NCBI RefSeq assembly: GCF_000015585.1
Contig: NC_008789.1
Coordinates: 1,980,001 to 2,012,000, forward strand
Source of the DNA: Halorhodospira halophila SL1
GTDB lineage: Bacteria; Pseudomonadota; Gammaproteobacteria; Nitrococcales; Halorhodospiraceae
Direction: 5' to 3'
Length of the DNA: 32,000 nucleotides
The position numbers and the translations under genes are program-made. Shown one piece after another: positions 1 to 10,708 of this stretch; the first letter of the stretch is position 1; each line of letters begins with the position of its first letter. The notes beneath the pieces are model-generated. The model made no database searches, was not told where the DNA came from, and saw only the letters and a program-made list of their open reading frames with translations.

Positions 1-1108
1 GCGGCGGCAGCAGCCCCTCCATGTCCAGGTCCACCAGCCGCTCGAGCGCTGCTACCCGCTGGCTCAGGTCTTCCACCTGCGCCTTGAGGCTTTCGCGCTC
101 CGAGCGGAGACTGGCCCGCTCCTCGCGCAGGGCGGCCAGCGCCCCCTGCAGCCGGCGCACATTGGCCTCCGAGGCCTCCAGCTCGGTATCGAGGAGTGAC
201 AGGACCTCTTCGGTGCCCTCCTCGTCACCGAGGGCGAGGATCCGCAGCCGGGCCTCCTCGGCGGTCGGTGCCTCTGCCACCTGCTCCGGATCCGGCAGAT
301 CGGGGATCGGCACCGCCTCGTCGAGTTCCTCGATGGCCGCCCGGCGCTCGGCCGGCGGTACCCAGCTGTCCAGGTGGTCCTCATAGATGGCCTGAGCCTC
401 GCCGGCGGTCAACTCCTCGATCTGCTCGCGACTGGGCAGTTTCAGCCACCAGCCGCTGAGCAGGTCGTTGACGTTGTCACCGGCGAAGGCGCGCGGGTTG
501 AGCCGCTGGATGGCCAGCATCGTCTGCGCCACGGTGACGGAGTCATCCGGGCGGTGCTCCGAGGCGATCCGCCAGAGGGTATCCCCCTCTTCCACCGGCC
601 CGTAGGCCGTCGAGCGGCGCTCACGCTCGCCGTCGCGGGTGATCTCCTCGAACGGCTCGCCCTCGCGAACCAGGGGCTGCCCTTGGGTCGGCGCATCCTC
701 GTCAGCGGTCGTGGGACGTTCAAGGAGCAGGGTGTACTCGCGGACCAGGTCCCCTTCGGGCCAGCTGACCTGGATCAGGAAATCCAGCAGGGGCTGGTCG
801 ATGGGCTCCTGACTGGTGACGGCAATATAGGGGGCGTCTTCGCCGGAGGCGACCAGCTCGAAGTCGAGCAACGACAATTCGGGCATCCGGTCGACCCCGG
901 CCCGATTGAAGACTCGGCCCGGGGCTAGCCCGACATCGAGGCGCGCGAGTTCGTCGGGGCTAACGTCCCGCAAGGGGATCCGCGCCGAGACCGGCTCGCC
1001 GGCCTCGGAGCGCCCCTCGATGGTCCCGAGGCTGACCTCCACCGCGGCTGCCACTGAGACCAGTGACAGTCCCGCCAGGCCGGCGAGGCCGCGGATCGCC
1101 TTGCGCAC
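1..1108 (-). CDS. fimV: FimV-like type IV pilus assembly / peptidoglycan-binding protein, N-terminal part (3' end runs off the window)
   Basis: Absent from the ORF track because it is truncated. Hand translation from GTG at 1108 (GAAGGGG upstream) gives VRKAIRGLAGLAGLSLVSVAAAVEVSLGTIEGRSEAGEPVSARIPLRDVSPDELARLDVGLAP..., a signal/anchor followed by the characteristic FimV opening. Further in, a LysM-like block (TAYGPVEEGDTLWRIASEH...) was verified codon by codon at 555-610. The frame stays open to position 2. Its position after asd matches the leuB-asd-fimV synteny of Pseudomonas-type genomes. Confidence 0.8.
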   Translation of the reverse strand, partial: MRKAIRGLAGLAGLSLVSVAAAVEVSLGTIEGRSEAGEPVSARIPLRDVSPDELARLDVGLAPGRVFNRAGVDRMPELSLLDFELVASGEDAPYIAVTSQEPIDQPLLDFLIQVSWPEGDLVREYTLLLERPTTADEDAPTQGQPLVREGEPFEEITRDGERERRSTAYGPVEEGDTLWRIASEHRPDDSVTVAQTMLAIQRLNPRAFAGDNVNDLLSGWWLKLPSREQIEELTAGEAQAIYEDHLDSWVPPAERRAAIEELDEAVPIPDLPDPEQVAEAPTAEEARLRILALGDEEGTEEVLSLLDTELEASEANVRRLQGALAALREERASLRSERESLKAQVEDLSQRVAALERLVDLDMEGLLPP

Positions 1109-1130
1109 GGGCTCGCCCCTTCGTCCGCTG

Positions 1131-2153
<1,023 letters not shown>

Positions 2154-2406
2154 GGATGCTCCCGTGCTCGCTGGTCCTAGTCAGGCCAAGTCTACTAACG
2201 CACTGCGCGGGATTGCCAGAGCGGCAATTGCTCTCAGCCCATGGCACGCTCAAGGCCAACGCCCCGCTATCCGGGCACCCCCACCGGGACCCGGTTCTGC
2301 ATGCGGACGCCGCGCTGCTCACGTCTGTCCTTCACGTTGCCGGTCTCCGCGTCTACACTCTCCCCGGCGGTACTAGAAAAAACGAGCAATAGGAGGTTAT
2401 ACCCCG

Positions 2407-3000
2407 ATGCGGAACAAGCTTACAGTCGCACTCGCAGGCGGTGCACTCGCCACCGGCGCCTTTGTCGGTCAGGCTTCGGCGCAGATGCCGGCGGATACCG
2501 GCAACTTCAATTACAACTACGCCGAGGGTGCACTGGTCCTCCAAGATAGGGATTCGCAAGATCTGGTAGGCCCGCGCGCTAAGGGCTCGGTGGCCTTCAC
2601 CCGGGACATCTTCGGTGTGGCCGAGCTCAACTACCTAACCGACGACGTCGATATTACGGATCTGCGCGCCGGGGCGGGCTACCGTCTGGGCGTGGCGCCG
2701 GAACTCGATTTCTACGGCGTGGCGTCCCTCGTTTATCAAGATTTTGACAACGACTTTGACGACACCGGTCTTGGCATCACCCTGGGCACGCGCTATGCCG
2801 TCATGGCCGATTTCGAGATTGCCGGCGAGATCCGTCACACCAACATGGACGACTTCGACAGCACGACCGATCTCGCCGCCCAGTTCCTCTACGGAGTGGC
2901 GCCCAACGTGGAGCTCCTCGGGGAGCTGCAGCTGCTCGACGACGGCGACGACATGTTCGAGGACACGGGCCTCGCCCTCGGCGCCCGCTACAACTTCTAA
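2407..3000 (+). CDS. small outer-membrane beta-barrel protein (8-strand OmpA-TM/OmpW-like class), function unknown
   Basis: AGGAGG at 2391-2396. Signal peptide MRNKLTVALAGGALATGAFVGQASA|Q. Alternating amphipathic strands, Asp-rich loops, and a C-terminal ...LGARYNF with terminal aromatic residue. Confidence 0.7.
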   Translation: MRNKLTVALAGGALATGAFVGQASAQMPADTGNFNYNYAEGALVLQDRDSQDLVGPRAKGSVAFTRDIFGVAELNYLTDDVDITDLRAGAGYRLGVAPELDFYGVASLVYQDFDNDFDDTGLGITLGTRYAVMADFEIAGEIRHTNMDDFDSTTDLAAQFLYGVAPNVELLGELQLLDDGDDMFEDTGLALGARYNF

Positions 3001-3030
3001 ACGGTTCCACACATAACGACCGTCATGCAC

Positions 3031-3068
3031 GAGCCGGCCGCCCTTTAGGGGCGGCCGGCTCGTGTTTT
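3031..3068 (+). terminator. Rho-independent terminator after the OMP gene (may also serve convergent leuB)
   Basis: Perfect 13-bp GC-rich stem: 3031-3043 gagccggccgccc pairs with 3049-3061 gggcggccggctc. The loop is tttag, followed by gtgTTTTc. Confidence 0.7.
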
Positions 3069-3108
3069 CGCCCGGAACGGCGGGCGTCGGAATGCTGGAC
3101 GTCGCGAG

Positions 3109-4179
3109 TCACAGCCGCCCCGCCACTGCCTCACCCATCTCACGAGTGCCCACCGGCCGGTTGCCGCCCTGCAGGTCCGGAGTGCGCAACCCCTCCTCGA
3201 GCACCGCCCCCACGGCGGCCTCGACCCGGTCCGCGGCCTCACCCGCGCCCAGGCTGTAGCGCAGCATCATGGCCACCGAGAGGATGGTGGCTAGCGGGTT
3301 CGCCTTGTCCTGCCCGGCAATATCCGGCGCCGAGCCGTGGACCGGCTCGTAGAGCCCCTTGCCGTGTTCATCGAGGGAGGCGGACGGGAGCATGCCGATG
3401 GAGCCGGTCAGCTGCGCGGCGCAATCCGAGAGGATGTCCCCGAACAGGTTCCCGGTGACCACCACATCGAACTGCTTCGGCGCACGCACCAGCTGCATGG
3501 CGGCGTTGTCCACGTACATGTGGCTGAGCTCGACACCCGGGTAGTCCGCCGCCACCCGCTCGACCACTTCGCGCCATAGCTCCGAGCTTTCCAGGACATT
3601 GGCCTTGTCCACCGAGCAGACCCGTCCCTGGCGCTGCTCGGCGGCGGCGAAGGCGAGACGGGCAATGCGCTCGATCTCCGACTCGCTATAGACCTCGGTG
3701 TTGAAGCCCTGACGCTCGCCACTGTCCAGGGTGCGGATCCCGCGGGGCTGGCCAAAGTAGATCCCGCCGGTGAGTTCGCGAACGATGAGGATATCCAGCC
3801 CCGCGACAACATCTTCCCGCAGCGCCGAGGCGCCGGCCAGCTGCGGATACAGGATGGCCGGGCGCAGATTGCCGAACAGACCCAGCTCCGAGCGGATCGC
3901 CAGAAGCCCCCGCTCCGGTCGGACGTCCCGTGGGAGCGCATCGTACTGCGGCCCGCCGACGGCCCCCAGCAGCACCGCATCCGCCTCCCGCGCCAGGCGC
4001 AGGGTCTCGTCGGGCAGGGGCTGGCCGGCGGCGTCGTAACCGGCGCCGCCAATGGGCGCCGTCTCCATCTCGCAGCCGACCCCGTAGCGCTTATTCAGCG
4101 CCTCGAGCACACGCCGGGCCTCCGCGGTGATCTCCGGGCCGATACCGTCCCCGGGGAGCAGCAGGATCTTCTGGGCCAT
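3109..4179 (-). CDS. leuB: 3-isopropylmalate dehydrogenase
   Basis: 356-aa ORF starting [17 protein letters not shown], with ...NLFGDILSD... and ...[21 protein letters not shown]..., the canonical LeuB/IDH-family motifs. Confidence 0.96.
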   Translation of the reverse strand: MAQKILLLPGDGIGPEITAEARRVLEALNKRYGVGCEMETAPIGGAGYDAAGQPLPDETLRLAREADAVLLGAVGGPQYDALPRDVRPERGLLAIRSELGLFGNLRPAILYPQLAGASALREDVVAGLDILIVRELTGGIYFGQPRGIRTLDSGERQGFNTEVYSESEIERIARLAFAAAEQRQGRVCSVDKANVLESSELWREVVERVAADYPGVELSHMYVDNAAMQLVRAPKQFDVVVTGNLFGDILSDCAAQLTGSIGMLPSASLDEHGKGLYEPVHGSAPDIAGQDKANPLATILSVAMMLRYSLGAGEAADRVEAAVGAVLEEGLRTPDLQGGNRPVGTREMGEAVAGRL

Positions 4180-4217
4180 CGTTACGCACTCACCATTCAG
4201 ATTTCAGGTTTCCGGGT

Positions 4218-4865
4218 TCAGCGCTCAAGGAACAGCCAGGGGGCTTCCTGCAGGCGGCGCTGCTCATAGGCCTGGATGGCCTCGCTCTGCTCCTCCAGGG
4301 TCACGCCGATCTCATCGAGGCCTTCAAGCAGCATGCGCTTGCGGAACGGATCCACGTCGAAGCCGAAACGCTCGCCGCCCGGGGTGACGACCTGCTGCTC
4401 GAAGAGATCGATGGTCAGCTGGTAGCCCTCGGTGGCGTAGACCGCCTGAAACAGCTGCTCGACCACCTCCTCGCCCAGCACCACCGGCAGGAGGCCGTTC
4501 TTGAAGCAGTTGCTGTAGAAGATATCGGCGAAGCTCGGCGCCACGATGGCCCGGAAGCCGTAGTCCTTCAGGGCCCACGGGGCGTGCTCGCGGGAGGAGC
4601 CGCAGCCGAAATTGTCCCGGGCAAGCAGCACGCTGGCCCCCTGGTAGCGCGGCTGATTGAGGACGAAGTCCTCGTTGCGCGGCCGGTTCGTGCAGTCCAT
4701 CCCCGGCTCGCCGCGATCAAGGTACCGCCACTCATCGAACAGGTAGGGGCCGAACCCCGTCCGCTTGACGGACTTGAGGAACTGCTTGGGGATGATGGCG
4801 TCCGTATCGACGTTGGAGCGATCCAGCGGCGCAACCAGACCGGTGTGTCGAGTGAAAGGTTCCAT
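4218..4865 (-). CDS. leuD: 3-isopropylmalate dehydratase small subunit
   Basis: The track ORF (4218..5036) carries a spurious 57-aa Arg/Pro-rich extension overlapping leuC. The conserved sequence begins at [31 protein letters not shown] (ATG at 4865, cat at 4863-4865 on the + strand). GCGSSREHA motif present. Confidence 0.95.
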   Translation of the reverse strand: MEPFTRHTGLVAPLDRSNVDTDAIIPKQFLKSVKRTGFGPYLFDEWRYLDRGEPGMDCTNRPRNEDFVLNQPRYQGASVLLARDNFGCGSSREHAPWALKDYGFRAIVAPSFADIFYSNCFKNGLLPVVLGEEVVEQLFQAVYATEGYQLTIDLFEQQVVTPGGERFGFDVDPFRKRMLLEGLDEIGVTLEEQSEAIQAYEQRRLQEAPWLFLER

Positions 4866-4884
4866 GGGCGTTTCCAGTCTTTTG

Positions 4885-4921
4885 AAAAAAGGGCCGGGAG
4901 ACGCTCGGCGTCTACTCCCGG
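4885..4921 (-). terminator. terminator-like stem-loop plus U6 between leuC and leuD (intra-operon)
   Basis: On the - strand: CCGGGA-GUA-GACGC-CGA-GCGUC-UCCCGG (4921..4894), 11 bp with a 3-nt bulge, then CCC and UUUUUU (4890..4885). The leuC stop codon (4914..4912) lies inside the stem. The leuD ATG is 20 nt downstream of the U-run. Confidence 0.4.
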
Positions 4922-6312
4922 ATATCCACGAAGTGACCATGGATGGCGGCAGCGGCCACCATCGCCGGGCTGGCCAGATGGGTGCGGCCGCCCTGGCCCT
5001 GGCGCCCCTCGAAGTTCCGGTTGGAGGTCGAGGCACAGCGCTCGCCGGGCTCCAGGCGGTCGGGGTTCATGCCCAGGCACATGGAGCACCCCGGTTCGCG
5101 CCACTCGAAGCCGGCATCGAGAAAGACCCGGTCGAGCCCCTCGCCTTCGGCCTGCTGCTTGACCACCCCGGAGCCGGGGACCACCAGCGCCTGGCGGATA
5201 TTCTCAGCCACCCGACGGCCATGGACGACGGCGGCCGCCTCGCGCAGGTCCTCGATGCGGGCATTGGTGCAAGACCCGATGAAGATCTTGTCCATGGGGA
5301 TATCGGTCAGTGGCGTCCCCGGCTCCAGGCCCATGTACTCCAGGGCCCGGCCCATCGCCCGGGCGCGCACCGCATCGCTCTCCTCCGCCGGGTCGGGGAC
5401 GCGGCGATTCACCGAGGCGACCATCTCCGGCGACGTCCCCCAGGTCACCTGGGGCTCGATCTCGTCGGCGTGGAGTTCCACCACCCGGTCGAAGGCCGCA
5501 TCCTCATCCGAGACCAGGTGGCGCCAACTGGCCACGGCCTGGTCCCACAGCGCGCCCTCGGGGGCATTCGGACGGCCCCGGACATACTCGATGGTGGTGT
5601 CATCCACAGCCACCATACCGGTACGCGCCCCGGCCTCGATGGACATGTTGCAGATGGTCATCCGCCCTTCCATGGAGAGGCTGCGTATGGCCTCGCCGCC
5701 GTACTCCAGTGCGTACCCCGTGCCGCCCGCAGTACCGATGCGACCGATGATCGCCAGGATGATGTCCTTGGCCGTGACCCCCCGCCCGAGCTGACCATCG
5801 ATGCGGATGAGCATGGTGCGGGCCTTCTTCTGCACCAGGGTCTGCGTGGCCAGGACATGCTCCACCTCACTGGTGCCCACCCCGAAGGCCAGTGCGCCCA
5901 GGGCGCCGTGGGTCGAGGTGTGCGAGTCGCCACAGACCAGGGTCATCCCCGGCAGTGTCGTGCCCTGCTCAGGCCCGACGACGTGGACGATCCCTTGGCG
6001 CGGGTCGCGGATACCAAACTCGATCACCTGGAAGTCCTTGCAGTTGCGATCCAGCGTCTCGATCTGCACCCGCGAGACCGGATCCTCCACCGGCTGACTG
6101 CGGTCGGTGGTGGGGACGTTGTGATCGGTCACGGCAAGATTGGACGCCACGCGCCACGGCTGGCGACCGGCCAGGCGCAGACCCTCGAACGCCTGCGGCG
6201 AGGTCACCTCATGCAGGAGCTGACGATCGATGTAAAGCAGCGCCGATCCATCGTCGTACTCGGTGACAACGTGGCTATCCCAGAGTTTGTCGTAGAGGGT
6301 CTTCCCGGTCAT
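4912..6312 (-). CDS. leuC: 3-isopropylmalate dehydratase large subunit
   Basis: 466-aa ORF starting [16 protein letters not shown]. Contains ...[24 protein letters not shown]... and ...[13 protein letters not shown]... and ...[10 protein letters not shown]..., the aconitase-family Fe-S Cys ligand motifs. Confidence 0.97.
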
Positions 6313-6353
6313 TGGCCTGTTCTATCAATTGGCTTAGAAACATTCACTTGAAC

Positions 6354-6359
6354 ATTATA
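6354..6359 (-). promoter_or_regulatory. candidate -10 hexamer for leuCDB
   Basis: Perfect TATAAT on the - strand, 41 nt upstream of the leuC ATG, in the only AT-rich patch of the 77-nt spacer. The -35 is poor (TTCCCC). A small CCCCC/GGGGG hairpin (6370-6381) sits just after the upstream MFS stop. Confidence 0.3.
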
Positions 6360-6389
6360 TCGGACCGACCCCCCTCGGGGGAAATGCCC

Positions 6390-7610
6390 TCAGGCCCGCT
6401 GCCCGCGCAGGCTCCAGGCCGCCAGGATCGCCGCCAGGAAGGCCACCGCGCTGGCAGCCAGGAAGGTCTGCCCGCCGAAGAGATCCCAGGCCATGCCGGA
6501 GAGCAGCGACCCCAGCGCCACCCCGGCACCGAAGGTCAGACTGGAGTACAGCGCCTGCCCCCGACCCTGCGCGGCGCCGGTGAAGAACCGGTTGACCACA
6601 TCGATCGCCACCGCGTGATAGATCCCGAAGCTGGCGGCATGGAAGGTCTGGCTCAGGGCCACGAGCCAGGCCGAATCCACCCACGCGGCGACCATCAGCC
6701 AGCGCAGGCCGCCCAGCGCTAGGGCCAGGGTCAGCAAGGTGCGGGCGCCAAAACGAGGCAGCAGCCGGTGCATAACCAGGAAGATGGCGATCTCAGCCAC
6801 CACCCCCCAGGCCCACAGCGCGCCGATCAGCCCGCCGCTGTAGCCGTGATCCTCCAGGTAGATGCTGAAGAAGCCGTAGAACGGTCCGTGGCCCATCTGG
6901 TTGAGGAAACAGGCCAGAAAGAACCCGATCACCGCCGGCCGGCGCAAGGTCTCCCAGAAACCGTCCCCATCGGCGCGGTGCGTGGCACGCCCGGCCTCCG
7001 GCGCGATGAGGCTGGAAACCGCGAGCCCGCCGAAGATCAGCAGCACCACGTAGGGCAGTGCATCGAAACCGGCCCGATCGAGCATCTCGCCGATGCCCAT
7101 CACCGACAGGATGAACCCCACCGACCCCCACAGCCGGATGCGGCTGTAGCGGTGCTCCTGCCCGCGCAGATGGTTGAACGTATTGGCTTCGTACTGGGGC
7201 AGTGCGGCGTTCCAGAAGAACCCGAACAGGGCCATGACCAGCGCCACCGCGCCGAAGGTCTCGGCGAGGAGGATCGCCGAGAAGGCCAGGAGCGCCACCA
7301 CCGAGGCCGCGCGCACCACCGCCATGCGTCGATTAAGGCGGTCGGCCAGCACCCCCCAGACGTTCGGGGCGATGATCTTGGTGGCGTGGAGAATGGCCAG
7401 CAGTTGACCGATCTCCGCCGAGGAGAAGCCCTCGGCGCGCAGGTACGGCCCCCAGTAGGGCATCAGGGCCCCGAGGGCGGCAAAGAAGAAGAGGTAGAAG
7501 CCCGAGAGCCGCCAGTACGGCAACGCCGGTTGCGCCCCGCCCGGAGTCCCGCCGCTCAAGGGATTACTCCCGGTCGCGGGCGGGCAGCACCGGGGTCCCG
7601 GACTCGACAT
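6390..7610 (-). CDS. MFS transporter (MFS_1_like / HcaT-type 12-TM permease), substrate unknown
   Basis: Contains ...[34 protein letters not shown]...[11 protein letters not shown]..., typical of the HcaT-like MFS subgroup, and is hydrophobic throughout. The ATG at 7610 overlaps the aroC 3' end by 47 nt. An alternative TTG at 7559 has GGAG 7 nt upstream and no overlap. Confidence 0.8.
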   Translation of the reverse strand: MSSPGPRCCPPATGSNPLSGGTPGGAQPALPYWRLSGFYLFFFAALGALMPYWGPYLRAEGFSSAEIGQLLAILHATKIIAPNVWGVLADRLNRRMAVVRAASVVALLAFSAILLAETFGAVALVMALFGFFWNAALPQYEANTFNHLRGQEHRYSRIRLWGSVGFILSVMGIGEMLDRAGFDALPYVVLLIFGGLAVSSLIAPEAGRATHRADGDGFWETLRRPAVIGFFLACFLNQMGHGPFYGFFSIYLEDHGYSGGLIGALWAWGVVAEIAIFLVMHRLLPRFGARTLLTLALALGGLRWLMVAAWVDSAWLVALSQTFHAASFGIYHAVAIDVVNRFFTGAAQGRGQALYSSLTFGAGVALGSLLSGMAWDLFGGQTFLAASAVAFLAAILAAWSLRGQRA

Positions 7611-8667
7611 CGGCGTTCTGTGCCCGATGCCGCAGCCAGTGGTCCATCACCACCAGCGCCGCCATGGCCTCGGCGATGGGCACCGCACGGATACCGACAC
7701 ACGGATCGTGGCGCCCCTTGGTCACCACCGAGACCGGCTCGCCGTGCACGTCCACCGAGCGCCCCGGGATGAGCATGCTCGAGGTCGGCTTCAGCGCCGC
7801 CCGCACCACCAGATCCTGTCCGCTGGAGATCCCGCCGAGCACCCCGCCGGACTGGTTGCCGGCGAATCCCGCGGGGGTGAGCTCGTCGCGATGGGCGCTG
7901 CCCCGCTGCCCTGCCGCCGCCATGCCGGCGCCGACCTCCACCCCCTTGACGGCGTTGATGGACATCAGCGCCTTGGCCAGGTCGGCATCCAGACGGTCGA
8001 AGACCGGCTCGCCGAGCCCCGGCGGCACATGGCGGACCTCGACCTCGACGGCAGCGCCCACCGAATCGCCAGCCTTACGCACCTCTTGGATCAGGGCCTC
8101 GAGCTCCGGGATGCGCGCCGGGTCGGCGCAGAAGAAGTCGTTGTCATCCACCGCCGACCAGTCCTCGGCGCCGAGTTCGATCCCACCCATCTGGGCCAGC
8201 CGCCCGCGGATCTCGATACCGAGACGCTGGGCGAGGTAGCGGCGGGCGATGGCCCCGGCGGCCACCCGCACGGCGGTCTCCCGAGCCGAAGAACGGCCGC
8301 CGCCGCGGTAATCGCGAACCCCGTACTTCTGCTGATAGGTGTAGTCGGCGTGCCCAGGCCGGAACCGCTGGGCGATCTCGGAGTAATCCTTGGAACGCTG
8401 GTCGGTGTTCTCGATGAGCAGACCGATGGGGGTGCCGGTGGTCACCCCCTCGAAGACCCCGGAGAGGATCTGCACCTGATCGCTCTCGCGGCGCTGCGTG
8501 GTGTGCTTGGAGCGCCCGGGCCGACGCCGATCGAGCTCGACTTGCAGGTCGGCCTCGGTCAGGGCCAGCCCCGGCGGGCAGCCGTCCACCACGCCGCCCA
8601 GCGCGGGGCCGTGACTCTCACCAAAGGTGGTGACCGTAAACAGGGTGCCAAAGGTATTCCCAGACAT
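7564..8667 (-). CDS. aroC: chorismate synthase
   Basis: The conserved start is [34 protein letters not shown] (ATG at 8667). The track ORF to 8808 adds 47 non-conserved residues. ...[11 protein letters not shown]... and ...KGRHDPCVG... motifs present. Confidence 0.95.
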   Translation of the reverse strand: MSGNTFGTLFTVTTFGESHGPALGGVVDGCPPGLALTEADLQVELDRRRPGRSKHTTQRRESDQVQILSGVFEGVTTGTPIGLLIENTDQRSKDYSEIAQRFRPGHADYTYQQKYGVRDYRGGGRSSARETAVRVAAGAIARRYLAQRLGIEIRGRLAQMGGIELGAEDWSAVDDNDFFCADPARIPELEALIQEVRKAGDSVGAAVEVEVRHVPPGLGEPVFDRLDADLAKALMSINAVKGVEVGAGMAAAGQRGSAHRDELTPAGFAGNQSGGVLGGISSGQDLVVRAALKPTSSMLIPGRSVDVHGEPVSVVTKGRHDPCVGIRAVPIAEAMAALVVMDHWLRHRAQNADVESGTPVLPARDRE

Positions 8668-8743
8668 AGGCCGTCGATTGTAGCACTGCAGATCCGTGGG
8701 CGGGCCTGGCCGGCGACTGGCCGGTGGGCGTATCCTGCACGCC

Positions 8744-9745
8744 ATGCACGCACCCGCCCCCACCAACCTGATCACCGGTTTTCTGGGCGTCGGCAAGACC
8801 ACGGCCATCCGGCATTTACTGTCCGAGGCCCGCCCGACCGATCAGCGCTGGGCCGTGCTCGTCAACGAGTTCGGCGACGTCGGCGTCGACGCCACCCGCC
8901 TCGAAGACGGCGCGGCGATCGAAGAACTCCCCGGCGGCTGCCTGTGCTGCACCCTCGGGGCGCCGTTCCGGATCGCCCTGGCCCGCCTGCTGCGCCGCAG
9001 CCGCCCGGCCCGCCTGCTCATCGAGCCGACCGGACTCGGCCACCCGGCCCGCATCCTCGACCTACTCCGTGAGTTCGAGCAGCAGGGCGCCATCACCCTG
9101 CGCGCCACGCTGACCCTGGTCGACCCGCGACAGCTCGACGACCCGCGGGTCGCCGGACACGACGCCTTCCGCGACCAAGCGCAGCTGGCCGATGTCCTGA
9201 TCGCCCACAAGACGGACCTGTGCAGCGCCAGCGAGCGGGCCGCTTTCAACTCCTGGGCACACACCCTCTACCCGCCGAAGCAGCGCATCGAGGAGGCAGC
9301 CCACGGCCGTATCGATCCGGCCTGGCTGGATGAGCCGGCCGGCCGGGCCGGGACGCTGGACACCGGGGCACCAGCCCCCCACCGCGCGGCCGAGCACCAC
9401 CACGGGGCCGGGCGCGCCGCGCCGGAGCCGGGTCAGCCCGTGCGGGCCGAACAGAGCGGCGGCGCCGTCCCGGCGTGCGGATGGATCTTCCACTCCGAGG
9501 ATGTCTTCGATCGCCACGCCCTGCTCCAGGTGCTGGAGTCCCTGCGCGACTGTCAGCGCGTCAAGGGCGTCATGCGCACCGGCCGCGACTGGCTGCGCGT
9601 GGATGCCGATGGCGATGGCGTGCGGGCGGAGGCGACGGCCTGGCGGGGCGAGAGCCGGCTAGAGGTCATCGGCCCCGCCGCAGACACCAGCTGGGCGGGC
9701 ACCGAACAGGCCCTGCTGGCCGCCTACCGGGGCACCGGCCACTGA
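8744..9745 (+). CDS. COG0523 (CobW/YjiA/ZigA-type) G3E-family metallochaperone GTPase
   Basis: P-loop [11 protein letters not shown] and the diagnostic GCLCC metal-binding motif ([12 protein letters not shown]). HKTDL (NKxD-like), a short His patch (AAEHHHGA) between domains, and a CobW_C-like end ([11 protein letters not shown]...VKGVMRT). ATG at 8744; the 16 codons upstream in the track look non-coding. Confidence 0.9.
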   Translation: MHAPAPTNLITGFLGVGKTTAIRHLLSEARPTDQRWAVLVNEFGDVGVDATRLEDGAAIEELPGGCLCCTLGAPFRIALARLLRRSRPARLLIEPTGLGHPARILDLLREFEQQGAITLRATLTLVDPRQLDDPRVAGHDAFRDQAQLADVLIAHKTDLCSASERAAFNSWAHTLYPPKQRIEEAAHGRIDPAWLDEPAGRAGTLDTGAPAPHRAAEHHHGAGRAAPEPGQPVRAEQSGGAVPACGWIFHSEDVFDRHALLQVLESLRDCQRVKGVMRTGRDWLRVDADGDGVRAEATAWRGESRLEVIGPAADTSWAGTEQALLAAYRGTGH

Positions 9746-9833
9746 CCCCAACCCGGCGGACGACGTCCATCCACCGAGGGGCACCAGGGATTGGCGGGCT
9801 AAGCCAGGCGACTGTCCCCGTTACCCGCCCACT

Positions 9834-9866
9834 GCGGGTCTAGCGGACGCCGCGCACAACCCCTAT
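9834..9866 (+). ncRNA. weak candidate preQ1-I-like riboswitch aptamer upstream of queC
   Basis: GCGG(9834-37)-GUCUAGCGGACG-CCGC(9850-53)-GCACAACCC-CUA(9863-65). This has the same layout as the B. subtilis queC aptamer as I recall it (AGAGG-UUCUAGCUACA-CCUCU-AUAAAAAA-CUAAGG), including the UCUAGC loop core and a 3' CUA able to pair with the loop UAG. The tail is C-rich rather than A-rich, and no Shine-Dalgarno (SD) sequence or terminator is embedded. Confidence 0.2.
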
Positions 9867-9905
9867 CCTGTTGCGGGTACGCGACCGTGAACCAGGAATC
9901 AGGCG

Positions 9906-10649
9906 ATGGCCGAGCGCCCACAGCGGGTACCCGCCAGCACCGAGCAGGAGTCCGCCCTGGTCCTCTTCTCCGGGGGACAAGATTCCACGGCCTGCCTGGC
10001 CTGGGCACTGGAGTATTTCAGCCGGGTCGAGACCGTGGGCTTCGCCTACGGCCAGCGTCATGATGTGGAGCTATCGGCCCGCGAGGAGGTCCTCGACGGA
10101 TTGCGCGCCCTCCGCCCCGACTGGGCGGCGCGCCTGGGCAGCGACCGTGTGCTGGATGCCGGCGTGCTGGGCGAGATCAGCGATACCGCACTGACTCAAG
10201 ATGCCGAAATCGCCTACGACGCGCGCGGCCTGCCCACCACCTTCGTCCCCGGCCGCAACCTGCTCTTCTTCACGCTGGCAGCAGCCGTGGCCCACCGGCG
10301 CGGCATCCGCCATCTGGTTGCTGGCGTCTGCGAGACCGACTTCTCCGGCTACCCCGACTGCCGCGACGACACCGTCAAGTCCCTGCAGGTCACCCTCAAC
10401 CTGGGCATGGCCGAGCGGCTGGTGCTGCACACCCCATTGATGTGGCTGGATAAGGCCCAGACCTGGATGCTGGCCGAACAACTTGGCGGAAGCGCACTGG
10501 TGGATTTGACCGTCGAGGCGAGCCATACGTGTTATTACGGCATGCGGGAGCAGCGCCACGAATGGGGCTACGGCTGCGGCGAGTGCCCGGCCTGCCGGCT
10601 GCGCGCCGAAGGCTGGCACCGTTTCCGACACGGCAGCGGCGCACAGTAA
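9906..10649 (+). CDS. queC: 7-cyano-7-deazaguanine synthase
   Basis: [19 protein letters not shown] (PP-loop SGGxDS), ...GFAYGQRH..., ...[12 protein letters not shown]... and the C-terminal Zn cluster CYYG...[10 protein letters not shown]. Confidence 0.93.
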   Translation: MAERPQRVPASTEQESALVLFSGGQDSTACLAWALEYFSRVETVGFAYGQRHDVELSAREEVLDGLRALRPDWAARLGSDRVLDAGVLGEISDTALTQDAEIAYDARGLPTTFVPGRNLLFFTLAAAVAHRRGIRHLVAGVCETDFSGYPDCRDDTVKSLQVTLNLGMAERLVLHTPLMWLDKAQTWMLAEQLGGSALVDLTVEASHTCYYGMREQRHEWGYGCGECPACRLRAEGWHRFRHGSGAQ

Positions 10650-10708
10650 CCCCTTGCCGCGCCCGCGAGGTTGAGCCGTATCCAAACCACAACCGAGGGA
10701 GAAGACCG

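Noticed and set aside
4866-5036. N-terminal extensions offered by the ORF track for leuD (to 5036), aroC (to 8808), dadA (from 10529), tal (from 13602), pilE (to 16622), pilV (to 18151), lspA (to 26418), ileS (to 29336) and ribF (to 30156)
   Set aside because: The extensions overlap the upstream gene, are Arg/Pro-rich and lack homology to the known N-termini. Internal starts with good RBSs reproduce the canonical protein openings. The track also uses alternative starts rendered as M (GTG and TTG confirmed by hand).
4765-6351. 528-aa + strand ORF, and similar very long ORFs at 906-2180, 7627-9072, 16680-17795, 16880-18043, 21796-23835, 24915-25937, 26304-28439 and 30237-31352
   Set aside because: All lie antisense or out of frame to genes with unmistakable conserved motifs (leuC, asd, aroC, pilW, the TPR lipoprotein, ispH, ileS, murJ). 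Their translations are low-complexity Arg/Pro/Gly/His-rich strings typical of stop-poor alternative frames in high-GC DNA. No family motifs were recognised.
8668-8743. Zur or Fur box in the aroC / COG0523 divergent spacer
   Set aside because: No AT-rich palindrome resembling GAAATGTTATAnTATAACATTTC or a Fur box is visible. The spacer is GC-rich (…gattgtagcactgcagatccgtgggcggg…).
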